From: Burkholderiales bacterium
GTDB taxonomy: Bacteria; Pseudomonadota; Gammaproteobacteria; Burkholderiales; Burkholderiaceae_E
Reading direction: 5' to 3'
NCBI GenBank assembly: GCA_017307915.1
Contig: JAFKGG010000364.1
Span: 9,980 to 73,979, forward strand
Length of the DNA stretch: 64,000 nt
Positions within the stretch are counted from its first letter, which is position 1, and the number at the start of each line of letters is the position of its first letter. This document shows, one piece after another, positions 1 through 8,800 of the stretch. A program made the translations under genes and the position numbers. The notes under the pieces are model-generated. The model ran no database searches, was not told where the DNA came from, and was given only the letters and a program-made list of their open reading frames with translations.

Positions 1-1
1 C

Positions 2-295
2 GCGCTCGACGCGCTGACGCGCGACCAAATGAACGTCGAACTGCAGCGCATCTGGCTGGAAACGCGCAACACCGTCGTGTTCGTCACGCACGGCATCGCC
101 GAGGCGGTGTTCCTCGGCGACGTCGTGGTGGTGTTCTCGCCGCGCCCGGGCCGCATCGCCGCCACGCTGACGATCGACCTGCCGCGCCCGCGCCCGCTGG
201 CGGTGCGCGAATCCCCCGAGTTCGGCCACTACGTCGGCCAGATCCGCTCGCTGTTCGAGGAAATGGGCCTGATCGACGAACGGAGCCACGCATGA
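2..295 (+). CDS. NitT/TauT-family ABC transporter ATP-binding subunit, C-terminal part (5' end outside window)
   Basis: Frame open from base 2: ALDALTRDQMNVELQRIW...VVFVTHGIAEAVFLGDVVVVFSPRPGRI (D-loop tail and H-loop). Confidence 0.9.
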   Translation, partial: ALDALTRDQMNVELQRIWLETRNTVVFVTHGIAEAVFLGDVVVVFSPRPGRIAATLTIDLPRPRPLAVRESPEFGHYVGQIRSLFEEMGLIDERSHA

Positions 296-1059
296 GCACT
301 CGCCGTTCGCTGAACTCGGTGGCCGCCGGCACCATCTCGACCATCGTCTGCCTGCTGCTATGGGAAGGGCTGGGGCGCCTGACCGGCGTGCGGCCGATCA
401 TGCTGCCGCTGCCCACGCAAATCCTGCGCGAGCTGGTCACCGACTGGAACTGGTACATCGGGCATACGCTGTACACGCTGATGACCACGCTGCTTGGCTT
501 CGCGCTGTCGGTGGTCGGCGGCGTGCTGATCGGCGCGCTGGTGGTCGGCTCGCGGCTGGCCGAACGTTTCGTCTATCCGATGATCGTCGCCTTGAACAGC
601 GTGCCCAAGGTCGCCGTGGCGCCGCTGTTCGTCATCTGGCTGGGCACCGGGCCGGAACCGAAAGTGGCCATCGCGTTCCTGATCGCCGTGTTCGCGGTCA
701 TCGTCGATACGATCCACGGCCTGCGCTCGGTACCGCCCGACGTACTCGACCTGGGCCGCGTGCTGCGCGGCTCCTGGTATCACTTCTTCTTCAAGATCAA
801 GCTGCCCAGCGCGCTGTCGTCGATCGTCGCCGGCATGAAGGTGGCGATCGGCCTGGCGCTGGTCGGCGCCATCGTCGGCGAATTCGTGTCGGCGCAGCGC
901 GGACTGGGCTACGTGATCATGAGCGCGCAAGGTACTTTCGATACGCCACGCGTGTTCGCCGCCTTGTTCCTGCTGGCGCTAATGGGCATGGTGCTCTACG
1001 GCGCCCTGGTGTGGTTCGAGCGCAAGGCGATGCCCTGGCGCCCGGACACCGATCATTGA
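292..1059 (+). CDS. NitT/TauT-family ABC transporter permease
   Basis: About 6 hydrophobic segments, PKVAVAPLFVIWLG motif, EAA-loop region; 4-bp overlap with the ATPase. Confidence 0.92.
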   Translation: MSTRRSLNSVAAGTISTIVCLLLWEGLGRLTGVRPIMLPLPTQILRELVTDWNWYIGHTLYTLMTTLLGFALSVVGGVLIGALVVGSRLAERFVYPMIVALNSVPKVAVAPLFVIWLGTGPEPKVAIAFLIAVFAVIVDTIHGLRSVPPDVLDLGRVLRGSWYHFFFKIKLPSALSSIVAGMKVAIGLALVGAIVGEFVSAQRGLGYVIMSAQGTFDTPRVFAALFLLALMGMVLYGALVWFERKAMPWRPDTDH

Positions 1060-1076
1060 AAACGGAGAACCGACGC

Positions 1077-1691
1077 ATGCGCGCATTGCTGGCGCTGTCG
1101 CGGGCGATCGACGCCGTCAATACGGCGATCGGCCGCAGCGTGATCTGGATCACCCTGATCGTGGCGCTGATCAGCAGCGCCAACGCGATCAGCCGCAAGT
1201 TCCTGCACTCGAGTTCCAACGCCTGGCTCGAACTGCAGTGGTATCTGTTCGGTGCGCTGTTTCTGCTGGCCTCGGGATACACGCTGCTGAAGAACGGCCA
1301 CGTGCGCGTCGACATTCTGTCGCAGAAGCTGCCGCGACGCTGGCAGATCGCGATCGAGATCTTCGGCGTGCTGTTCTTCCTGATGCCGGCCTGCTGGCTG
1401 ATCATGTGGCTGGCCTGGCCGATGTTCTGGGAATCCTGGGTCAGCGGCGAAGTGTCGTCCAACTCCGGGGGTCTGATCCGCTGGCCGGTCAAGCTACTGA
1501 TCCCGATCGGCTTCGCGCTGCTGATCGCCGCCGGCATCTCGCACCTGATCAAGTGCATCGGTTTTCTCACCGGCCACTGCGCCGATCCGCTGCAGCCCGT
1601 ATCGACCAAGACCGATGAACAGAAACTCGCCGACGAACTGGCGCGGCGGCTGCAAGCCGAGCAAGCCGGCACCGGAGAGCCGCGCCGATGA
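1077..1691 (+). CDS. TRAP transporter small permease (DctQ-like)
   Basis: ATG at 1077 after GGAG; MRALLALSRAIDAVN..., ELQWYLF, HVRVDIL motifs; 4 TM segments. Confidence 0.9.
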   Translation: MRALLALSRAIDAVNTAIGRSVIWITLIVALISSANAISRKFLHSSSNAWLELQWYLFGALFLLASGYTLLKNGHVRVDILSQKLPRRWQIAIEIFGVLFFLMPACWLIMWLAWPMFWESWVSGEVSSNSGGLIRWPVKLLIPIGFALLIAAGISHLIKCIGFLTGHCADPLQPVSTKTDEQKLADELARRLQAEQAGTGEPRR

Positions 1692-3349
1692 CTGAATTCC
1701 TGATCGCCAACATGGCGCCGCTGATGTTCGCGACGCTGATCGTGTTCCTGCTGCTCGGTTTTCCGGTGGCATTCGCGCTGGCCGCCAACGGGATCGTGTT
1801 CGGGCTGCTCGGCATCGAACTGGGATTGCTCACGCCCGCGCTGTTCCAGGCACTGCCGCAGCGCGTGCTGGGCGTGGTGATGAACGATGCGCTGCTGGCG
1901 CTGCCGTTCTTCACGCTGATGGGCTTGATCCTGGAACGATCGGGCATGGCCGAAGACCTGCTCGAAACGATCGGCCAGTTGTTCGGCCCGATGCGCGGCG
2001 GGCTGGCGTTCGCGGTGGTCGCGGTCGGTGCCTTGCTGGCGGCCACCACCGGCGTGGTGTCGGCATCGGTGATCTCGATGGGGCTGATCTCTCTGCCGAT
2101 CATGCTGCGCTATGGCTACGATCGCCGCCTGGCCAGCGGCGTCATCGCCGCTTCGGGCACCTTGTCGCAGATCATCCCGCCGTCGCTGACGCTGATCATC
2201 CTGGCCGACCAGCTTGGCCGGTCGGTGGGCGACATGTATCTGGGCGCGATCCTGCCGGGCTTGATACTCACCGGCCTTTACATGCTCTACGTGGCGTTCC
2301 TGACGCTGACGCAGCCCAAGATGGTGCCGGCGCTGCCGGCCGAAGCACGCACCTTCGTCGAGCCCAATGGCGGCCACGGCGTGCCGTCGCTGGCCTTGAT
2401 GATGAGCATCGCCGCCGTCATCGCCATCGTGATCGACCGGCAGGTAGTGCCTGAAGGCACGTCGATCGACGCGCGTTGCGTCATCGGTATCCTGGTCTGG
2501 GGCGCGGCGGCATTCTGCATGGCCGTGGTGAACAAGCTGCTCGGCCTGGGTCTGCTGTCACGCATCAGCGAGCGCGTCACCTTCGTGATGATTCCGCCGC
2601 TGACACTGGTGTTTCTGGTGCTCGGCACGATCTTTCTCGGCGTGGCCACGCCGACCGAAGGCGGTGCGATGGGCGCGGTGGGCGCGCTGATCATGGCGCT
2701 GTCGCGCCAACGCTTGACGCTCCCCTTGCTGCGCCAGGCGATGGAGTCCACCACGCGCCTGACCTGCTTCGCCATCTTCATCCTGATCGGTTCGACGGTG
2801 TTCAGCCTGACCTTTCGCGCCGTCAACGGCGACCTGTGGGTCGAGCATCTGCTGGTCAGGCTGCCCGGCGGCGAAATGGGCTTCCTGATCTTCGTCAGCG
2901 TGTTCGTATTCGTGGCGGCGTTCTTTCTCGATTTCTTCGAGCTGGCGTTCATCATCGTGCCGCTGCTCGGGCCGATCGCCGACAAGATGGGCATCGACCT
3001 GATCTGGTTCGGCGTGCTGCTGGCGGTGAACATGCAGACTTCGTTCATGCACCCGCCGTTCGGCCTGGCGCTGTTCTACCTGCGCTCGGTAGCGCCCGAC
3101 CAGGACTACGACGATCGCGTCACCGGCCGGCGCATCGCGCGCATCACTACCGGGCAGATCTATCGCGGCTCGATTCCGTTCATCCTGATCCAGCTGGTGA
3201 TGATAGGCATCGTGATGGCCTTCCCCAACATGGTCACGCATTACAAAGACGACGCAGCCAAGGCCGGGCCTGGATCGATCAACCTGCAGATCGAAGGGGG
3301 CTACGGCAATAGCGGCTACGACGCGCAGGAGAATTCGCCGTTCAAGTGA
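1688..3349 (+). CDS. TRAP transporter large permease (DctM-like)
   Basis: LLALPFFTLMG, GTLSQIIPPS, TPTEGGAMG and QTSFMHPPFG motifs; overlaps dctQ stop. Confidence 0.93.
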   Translation: MTEFLIANMAPLMFATLIVFLLLGFPVAFALAANGIVFGLLGIELGLLTPALFQALPQRVLGVVMNDALLALPFFTLMGLILERSGMAEDLLETIGQLFGPMRGGLAFAVVAVGALLAATTGVVSASVISMGLISLPIMLRYGYDRRLASGVIAASGTLSQIIPPSLTLIILADQLGRSVGDMYLGAILPGLILTGLYMLYVAFLTLTQPKMVPALPAEARTFVEPNGGHGVPSLALMMSIAAVIAIVIDRQVVPEGTSIDARCVIGILVWGAAAFCMAVVNKLLGLGLLSRISERVTFVMIPPLTLVFLVLGTIFLGVATPTEGGAMGAVGALIMALSRQRLTLPLLRQAMESTTRLTCFAIFILIGSTVFSLTFRAVNGDLWVEHLLVRLPGGEMGFLIFVSVFVFVAAFFLDFFELAFIIVPLLGPIADKMGIDLIWFGVLLAVNMQTSFMHPPFGLALFYLRSVAPDQDYDDRVTGRRIARITTGQIYRGSIPFILIQLVMIGIVMAFPNMVTHYKDDAAKAGPGSINLQIEGGYGNSGYDAQENSPFK

Positions 3350-3416
3350 GACGGGCAGCGGGCTCGATCGCCCGCCGATAAAGCGTTAGGATTGCCGGTT
3401 CACACCGAGCACATCC

Positions 3417-4370
3417 ATGAAACGCATTGCCCTTCTCGATGATTACCAAGGCGTGGCGCTGGACGCCGCGCCGTGGCAGCGGCTGGCCGGCCGCGCCCAG
3501 GTCGATGCCATCCGCGAGCACATCGATGGCACGGCCGCATTGGCGGCGCGGCTGGCGCCCTACCACGTGCTGGTCGCCAACCGCGAGCGCACGCAGATCA
3601 GCGCCGAGCTGATCGCCGCGCTGCCCAATCTCGAACTGATCGTCACCTTCGGCAAGGCCAATACGTCGATCGACATAGCCGCCGCGGCCGCGCGCGGCAT
3701 CGTCGTCTGCGGCACCAGCGGCCTGGGCACCCCCACGACCGAACTCACCTGGGGGCTGATCCTGGCGCATGCACGCCATCTGCCGACCGAGATCAACGCC
3801 ATGCGCAGCGGCGGCTGGCAACGCACCGTGGGCACCGGTCTGGCCGACAAGACGCTGGGCGTGCTCGGTTTCGGGCGGCTGGGCTCGGCAGTGGCGCGCA
3901 TCGGCGTCGCCTTCGGCATGAAGGTGCTGGCCTGGTCGCGCAGCATGACCGACGAACGCGCCGCCGCCATCGGCGCGCAGGCCGCCACCAAGGACGACAT
4001 GCTCAGCCAGGCCGACGTCGTGTCGCTGCACCTGACGCTGAACGCCGGCACGCGCGGCCTGCTGGGCGCGCGCGAGCTGGGCCTGATGAAGCCGGGCGCG
4101 CTATTGGTGAACACCTCGCGCGGCCCGCTGGTCGATGAAGCCGCGCTGCTCGACGCGCTGCGGCAGCGGCGCATCTACGCCGCGCTCGACGTGTTCGACC
4201 GTGAGCCGCTACCCGACGATCATCCGCTGCGCACGCTCGACCATGCGCTGCTGACGCCGCACCTGGGCTACGTGATCGCCGAGAACTACCAGGTGATGTT
4301 TGGCGATGCGCTGGCCGACGTCGAGGCGTGGCTGGACGGCAAGCCGATCAGGGTGGTCAAGGCGCCCTGA
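3417..4370 (+). CDS. D-isomer-specific 2-hydroxyacid dehydrogenase family protein
   Basis: GVLGFGRLG Rossmann motif, NTSRG, ALDVF, LTPHLG. Confidence 0.92.
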   Translation: MKRIALLDDYQGVALDAAPWQRLAGRAQVDAIREHIDGTAALAARLAPYHVLVANRERTQISAELIAALPNLELIVTFGKANTSIDIAAAAARGIVVCGTSGLGTPTTELTWGLILAHARHLPTEINAMRSGGWQRTVGTGLADKTLGVLGFGRLGSAVARIGVAFGMKVLAWSRSMTDERAAAIGAQAATKDDMLSQADVVSLHLTLNAGTRGLLGARELGLMKPGALLVNTSRGPLVDEAALLDALRQRRIYAALDVFDREPLPDDHPLRTLDHALLTPHLGYVIAENYQVMFGDALADVEAWLDGKPIRVVKAP

Positions 4371-4389
4371 GCGGGGCTTCGGGGATCGA

Positions 4390-5142
4390 TCAGCTCCGAA
4401 GCTGCCGCTGCCGGTACGCCAGCACCCGCTCCTTGAGCCCCGGTCGCGCCGCCGAGCGCACCAGCGCGGCGAGATCGGCATCGGCCGCGCCATCATCGAG
4501 CGCGCCGCGCAGCAGGCGATAAGTGCTGCGATCGACGGCCAACACCGGCAGCACGCCCAAAGCGTCTTCCGATAGCGGGTCGATCACGTCGGGCAGCAGT
4601 TCGCCGGCCAGCCCCGACGAGATCGCCAGCGCCGCGTCGATCGTCGTGCCTTCGCTGACCCAGCGCAGCGCACGATCGGCGCCGACGCGCGCAGCAAGGC
4701 GGCGCGTGCCCAGCACCAGGCCGAAGCCGGCACCAGGAAAACGCAGGCTGGCCGCCGAGGCAAGCAAGCGATGATCGCAGGCGGCGAACACGTCGGCGCC
4801 GGCGCCCATGATGCGGCCGTGGCCGAGCGCAACCGTGCGCAGCGGCGCGCGCCAGAGGGCATCGAGCATCTGTTCGATGCGCACGACGCGCGCCAGCAGC
4901 GTCGCGTCGGTTTCATCGGCCAGCTCGCCCAGATCCAGGCCGGTGCAGAAATGCCGGCCGGCGCCGCGCAGCACCAGCGTATGCACCGCCGGGTCGGCCG
5001 CGGCGCATTCGATGGCAGCCAGCAGCGCTTCGACCAAAGCGGCCGACAAGGCATTGCCGCGCTCAGGGCGATCGAAGGTGAAAACAGCGCAACCGTCGCC
5101 GCGAACCTCGAGTTGCTGCGGCTTGCTGATCGTGGTCGTCAT
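4390..5142 (-). CDS. Enoyl-CoA hydratase/isomerase (crotonase) family protein with atypical catalytic residues
   Basis: DRPERGNAL, FCTGLDL oxyanion motif; GAGAD replaces GGGxE and FPGAGFG lacks the second Glu. Confidence 0.85.
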   Translation of the reverse strand: MTTTISKPQQLEVRGDGCAVFTFDRPERGNALSAALVEALLAAIECAAADPAVHTLVLRGAGRHFCTGLDLGELADETDATLLARVVRIEQMLDALWRAPLRTVALGHGRIMGAGADVFAACDHRLLASAASLRFPGAGFGLVLGTRRLAARVGADRALRWVSEGTTIDAALAISSGLAGELLPDVIDPLSEDALGVLPVLAVDRSTYRLLRGALDDGAADADLAALVRSAARPGLKERVLAYRQRQLRS

Positions 5143-5182
5143 CGTGAACTCCTCATCGTCGCCTTGGGCCGGCCTCGGTCAC

Positions 5183-5809
5183 TCAGTCAGCCACGGTGGC
5201 GCGCACCGCCGCCGAGCGATCCCACAAGTTGGGCACCACCGGCGACGAATAGCCGGACACGAACGGCTTGGCTTCGCCGCTGCGTTCATCGAACACGTGG
5301 CGCACTACGGCGCCGATGTTGGCGCCGTAGACATGAATGCTGATCGACGGCTGGTCTGCGATCGCGTTGGCCACCAGATGGATGTCGCCCACGGTGGGTG
5401 AGACCGCCTCGACGTCGCCCGGCTCCAGCAGTGCGCCCGCCTCGTCGAGCGGCAGCAGACGCCCGTCAGCCTCGCGCCGATAGCGGATGCCGCGTTCGGC
5501 CCCGCGCAGCATGCCGATCAAGCCCCACACCGTGTGGTCGTGGATCGGCGTGCGCTGGCCCGGCCCCCACACGAAGCTGACCACCGAGAAGCGCCCCAGC
5601 GGATCGGCATGCAGCAGATACTGCTGATAGAACTGCGGGTGCGGCTGCGCGAACGCCTCGGGCAGCCAGTCATCGCGCGCGATCAGCTGTGCCAGCAAAG
5701 TGCGGCCTTCGCGCAGCAAGGTGGCTTCTTCGCTGCTGCGGCCCACCAGTTGCGTCATCGCGACGATGAAATCGCGCAGCGGCGCGATGCGATCAGTGGC
5801 GGTATCCAT
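5183..5809 (-). CDS. Thiol dioxygenase (cysteine dioxygenase family), Gln-type, 3-mercaptopropionate dioxygenase-like
   Basis: YQQYLLHADP, TPIHDHTVWG, IHLVAN (3-His iron site) and SIHVYG motifs. Confidence 0.88.
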   Translation of the reverse strand: MDTATDRIAPLRDFIVAMTQLVGRSSEEATLLREGRTLLAQLIARDDWLPEAFAQPHPQFYQQYLLHADPLGRFSVVSFVWGPGQRTPIHDHTVWGLIGMLRGAERGIRYRREADGRLLPLDEAGALLEPGDVEAVSPTVGDIHLVANAIADQPSISIHVYGANIGAVVRHVFDERSGEAKPFVSGYSSPVVPNLWDRSAAVRATVAD

Positions 5810-5811
5810 GC

Positions 5812-7047
5812 TCAGACCTCCAGGCCGCGCGCGGCGGCGCGCGCGCGCAAGCTCGCGCCGTGTTCATCGAGCGCCGGCGCGCGCGTATCCACCGGCACCG
5901 GCGCGCCATCGATCCACACCGGGCACACCACGGTGCGCGTGTCGGTGCCGCCCGGCATCGTCATCGGCTGCACGAGCTGCAGATGCGCGGCCTGCGGATC
6001 GGCCAGCGCGCTGTCGAAATCGTTGATCGGGGCGCACGGCACGCCGGCCTCGGCAAAGCGCGCCAGCCACTCGGCGCTGTCGCGCTGCGCAAAGCGCGCC
6101 TCCAGCAGATCCTTCAACTCAGCCTGATGACGTGCGCGCAGCGTCGTGCTGGCAAAGCGCTCGTCGGCCGCCAGCTCGGGCGTGCCCACCACCTCGCACA
6201 CCGCGCGCCACAGCCGATCGTTGCCGGCGGCAATCGCGAACCAGCCATTACCCGAACGATACGCCTGATAGGGGGCGTTGCGCGGATGCGCCGAGCCCAG
6301 CTTGCGCGGATTGCGCCCGGTGCCGAAGTATTCGCTGGTCTGCAAGGCGCCGATCGCGATCGTGGTGGCGAACATGGGTATGTCCAGCCGGCCGCCGGGA
6401 CCGCCCGCCCTGACGCGTGCCAGCATCGCGGCCACCGAGAACGCGCCGTACAGCCCGGCGGTGAAATCCGACACCGGCACACCGCATTTGACCGGCGCGC
6501 CCTCGGGCTCGCCAGTTACGCTCATCACGCCGGCGGCCGCCTGAATCGTCAGGTCGAAGCCGCCTTCGCCGGCGCGCGGGCCGCTCTGCCCATACGCCGA
6601 GATCGAGCAATACACCAGCTGCGGTTTGCGTTCGGCGAACCATTCCCAACCCAAGCCCAGGCGCTGCATCACGCCGGGCCGGTTGTTCTCCACCAGCACG
6701 TCGGCATCGAGCACCAGCGCGCGCGCCACGTCGCGGTCGGCCGGGTTCTTCAAGTCCAGCGCGATCGAGCGCTTGCCGCGGTTGAGCGAAGCGAAGTTCT
6801 CGGAGAATCCGTTGTGGATCGGCGGCCATTGCCGCAGGCCATCGCCTTCGTGCGGCTCGATCTTGATCACCTGCGCGCCGAAGTCGGCCAGCAGCATGCC
6901 GCAGAACGGCCCGGCCGCCACCTGGCAGAACTCGACGACGCGAACGCCGTGCAGCGGGCCGATCGGCGCCGACGCGCCGCTGGAAGCCGCGCCCGTGGCA
7001 GCGTTATGGGCATCGGCGCCCGAACCGGCGCCTGCTGTGCTGTGCAT
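5812..7047 (-). CDS. Class III (CaiB/BaiF) CoA-transferase
   Basis: GPFCGMLLADFGAQVIKIE, NRGKRSIALDLK, ENNRPG, catalytic Asp in GVPVSD. Confidence 0.93.
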   Translation of the reverse strand: MHSTAGAGSGADAHNAATGAASSGASAPIGPLHGVRVVEFCQVAAGPFCGMLLADFGAQVIKIEPHEGDGLRQWPPIHNGFSENFASLNRGKRSIALDLKNPADRDVARALVLDADVLVENNRPGVMQRLGLGWEWFAERKPQLVYCSISAYGQSGPRAGEGGFDLTIQAAAGVMSVTGEPEGAPVKCGVPVSDFTAGLYGAFSVAAMLARVRAGGPGGRLDIPMFATTIAIGALQTSEYFGTGRNPRKLGSAHPRNAPYQAYRSGNGWFAIAAGNDRLWRAVCEVVGTPELAADERFASTTLRARHQAELKDLLEARFAQRDSAEWLARFAEAGVPCAPINDFDSALADPQAAHLQLVQPMTMPGGTDTRTVVCPVWIDGAPVPVDTRAPALDEHGASLRARAAARGLEV

Positions 7048-7061
7048 GGATCACACCTTGT

Positions 7062-7877
7062 TCATCGATGAAGTAGATTCGAACGCGGCGCAGCGCCGGC
7101 GGACACGCGCGCAGCGACGCCCATGCCGCTGTCGCTGCCGCCGCCATAGTCGTGTTCGACCGCCGCGGCCGCCGCGATCACGTCCTGCCCGAGCGCCTTG
7201 AACAGCGACGGCCGCAGCCGTTCCGCCGGCCCTGATACGCCGATCGCGGCCACCACCCTGCCGGCCGGATCGCGGATCGGCGCCGCCACGCCGCAGACGC
7301 TCTCGCGCCATTCGCCGCGGTTCACCGCATAGCCTTGCGTCCGCACGCGTTCCATCTCGCGCAGAAACTCGCCAGCATCGACGATGCTGCGCGGCGAATG
7401 ACGCACCAGCCGCCGCGACAGCGCCTGCTGCAAGTCAGCGCTTTCGAAGGCCAGCATCGCCTTGCCGGTGGCCACGCAGCAGGCTGGCGCACGGCCGCCG
7501 ATCTGGCTGTAGGCGCGCACCGGTTCGGGGCTATCGAGTTTGTGCAGATAGACCACTTCGTCTTGATCGAGCACCGACAGGTGCACGGTTTCGCGGCTGC
7601 GCTGCAGCAGCCCCTGCATCGCCGGCGCCGCCACCTGGCGCAGATCGAGCTGGCCCAGCATGGCCGCGCCCAGCTCCCACACGCGGATCGACGCCTGGTA
7701 GGTGCCGGCCGTTTCATCGCGCCGCACGTAGCGCAATTCGGTCAGCGCCTGCAGCAATCGATGCACGTTGCTCTTGCCGATCTCGAGCCGGCGCGCCAGC
7801 TCGGTGACGCCCAGCGGACGATCGCTGCGCGCCAGCACTTCGAGCAGGGCCAGGCCTTTGACGAGCGTGTTGTTCAA
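7062..7877 (-). CDS. IclR-family transcriptional regulator (probable TTG start at 7877)
   Basis: LNNTLVKGLALLEVL HTH, CVATGKAMLA, GVAAPI; GGAG lies just upstream of TTG 7877, and the ORF-track extension runs through the AT-rich promoter. Confidence 0.9.
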   Translation of the reverse strand: MNNTLVKGLALLEVLARSDRPLGVTELARRLEIGKSNVHRLLQALTELRYVRRDETAGTYQASIRVWELGAAMLGQLDLRQVAAPAMQGLLQRSRETVHLSVLDQDEVVYLHKLDSPEPVRAYSQIGGRAPACCVATGKAMLAFESADLQQALSRRLVRHSPRSIVDAGEFLREMERVRTQGYAVNRGEWRESVCGVAAPIRDPAGRVVAAIGVSGPAERLRPSLFKALGQDVIAAAAAVEHDYGGGSDSGMGVAARVSAGAAPRSNLLHR

Positions 7878-7921
7878 GCGCTTGCTCCGCAGCGGCCGCG
7901 CGGCCGGTATGTCGGTAGTCG

Positions 7922-7946
7922 TTCCATATTTTGGAATATTAATATT
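7922..7946. promoter_or_regulatory. Probable IclR operator in the AT-rich promoter of the iclR / CoA-transferase / thiol dioxygenase / crotonase operon
   Basis: TTCCA-TATTT-TGGAA inverted repeat (7922-7936) overlapping AATATTAATATT palindrome (7935-7946). Confidence 0.6.
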
Positions 7947-8090
7947 ATAAAACAGAACCACATCGGCCGACTATCGGATACCCGCCACGACGCGCAAACC
8001 TGCTCACACCCCCCCGTCTATTGAGGTGTTGTGCGATAACAAAAACCACCAACATCATCGTCAACAATCTCGATACATCAGGAGGGGGGA

Positions 8091-8762
8091 ATGAAAATCA
8101 GAACGGCCGCGGCATTGATGGTTTCCTTGGGCATGGCAAGCTCCGCGGTTGCAGCCTCCTTTTCGTATTCGGGCCCGCCGGTTCCGATTCCCGAAGCAGC
8201 CGATTTGAGCGGCGCCAATCCGGGGGCACAGGTCGGTGCGCCGATCACGGTCAGCGGGCTTACCCAGCCCGTCGGAAAGGTGGTGATCAGCATCGATGGC
8301 ACGGCCTGCACCGATGCGCCCGGAGCCACCACCGTCGGCATCGACCATACCTTCGTCAGCGATCTCGTCCTGACCCTGCGCGCCCCGGATGGAACGGAGG
8401 TCGTCATTGGCCAGTGGGCCGACGGCGGCGGCAACAATCTCTGCCAGGTGGTGTTCGACGACGCAGAGGCCGCGCAGCTACTGACCGTTCCGTCGGTCAA
8501 TGCGCCATTCACCGGCCGCTACCGGCCCTTTTCGCCTCTTTCCGCCTTTGCGGGAAGGCCGGCCAATGGGACATGGACCTTGCTGGCGCAAGACTTCTTC
8601 AGCGAAGACACGGGATCCATTCGCGCGTGGTCGATCGACATCACGTCAGCACAGGCTAGCGCGCCCACACCCGTTCCTACCCTTTCGGAATGGGCCTTGA
8701 TCGGCCTGTCTTCCCTCATGGCCGCCATCGCGGTCGCCAGGGTGCGGCGCCGCCAGCACTGA
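8091..8762 (+). CDS. Secreted proprotein-convertase P-domain protein with IPTL-CTERM sorting signal
   Basis: Signal peptide; HTFVSDLVLTLRAPDG...GTWTLLAQD...GSIRAWSIDI (P-domain-like); C-terminal VPTLSEWALIGL + TM + RRR. Confidence 0.82.
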   Translation: MKIRTAAALMVSLGMASSAVAASFSYSGPPVPIPEAADLSGANPGAQVGAPITVSGLTQPVGKVVISIDGTACTDAPGATTVGIDHTFVSDLVLTLRAPDGTEVVIGQWADGGGNNLCQVVFDDAEAAQLLTVPSVNAPFTGRYRPFSPLSAFAGRPANGTWTLLAQDFFSEDTGSIRAWSIDITSAQASAPTPVPTLSEWALIGLSSLMAAIAVARVRRRQH

Positions 8763-8778
8763 TTCAACGCGCGGTTCG

Positions 8779-8798
8779 AGGGGCCCTCGCGGGCCCCT
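8779..8798. terminator. Hairpin between convergent genes, likely terminator
   Basis: AGGGGCCC-TCGC-GGGCCCCT, 8-bp stem; no long U-tract. Confidence 0.55.
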
Positions 8799-8800
8799 TC

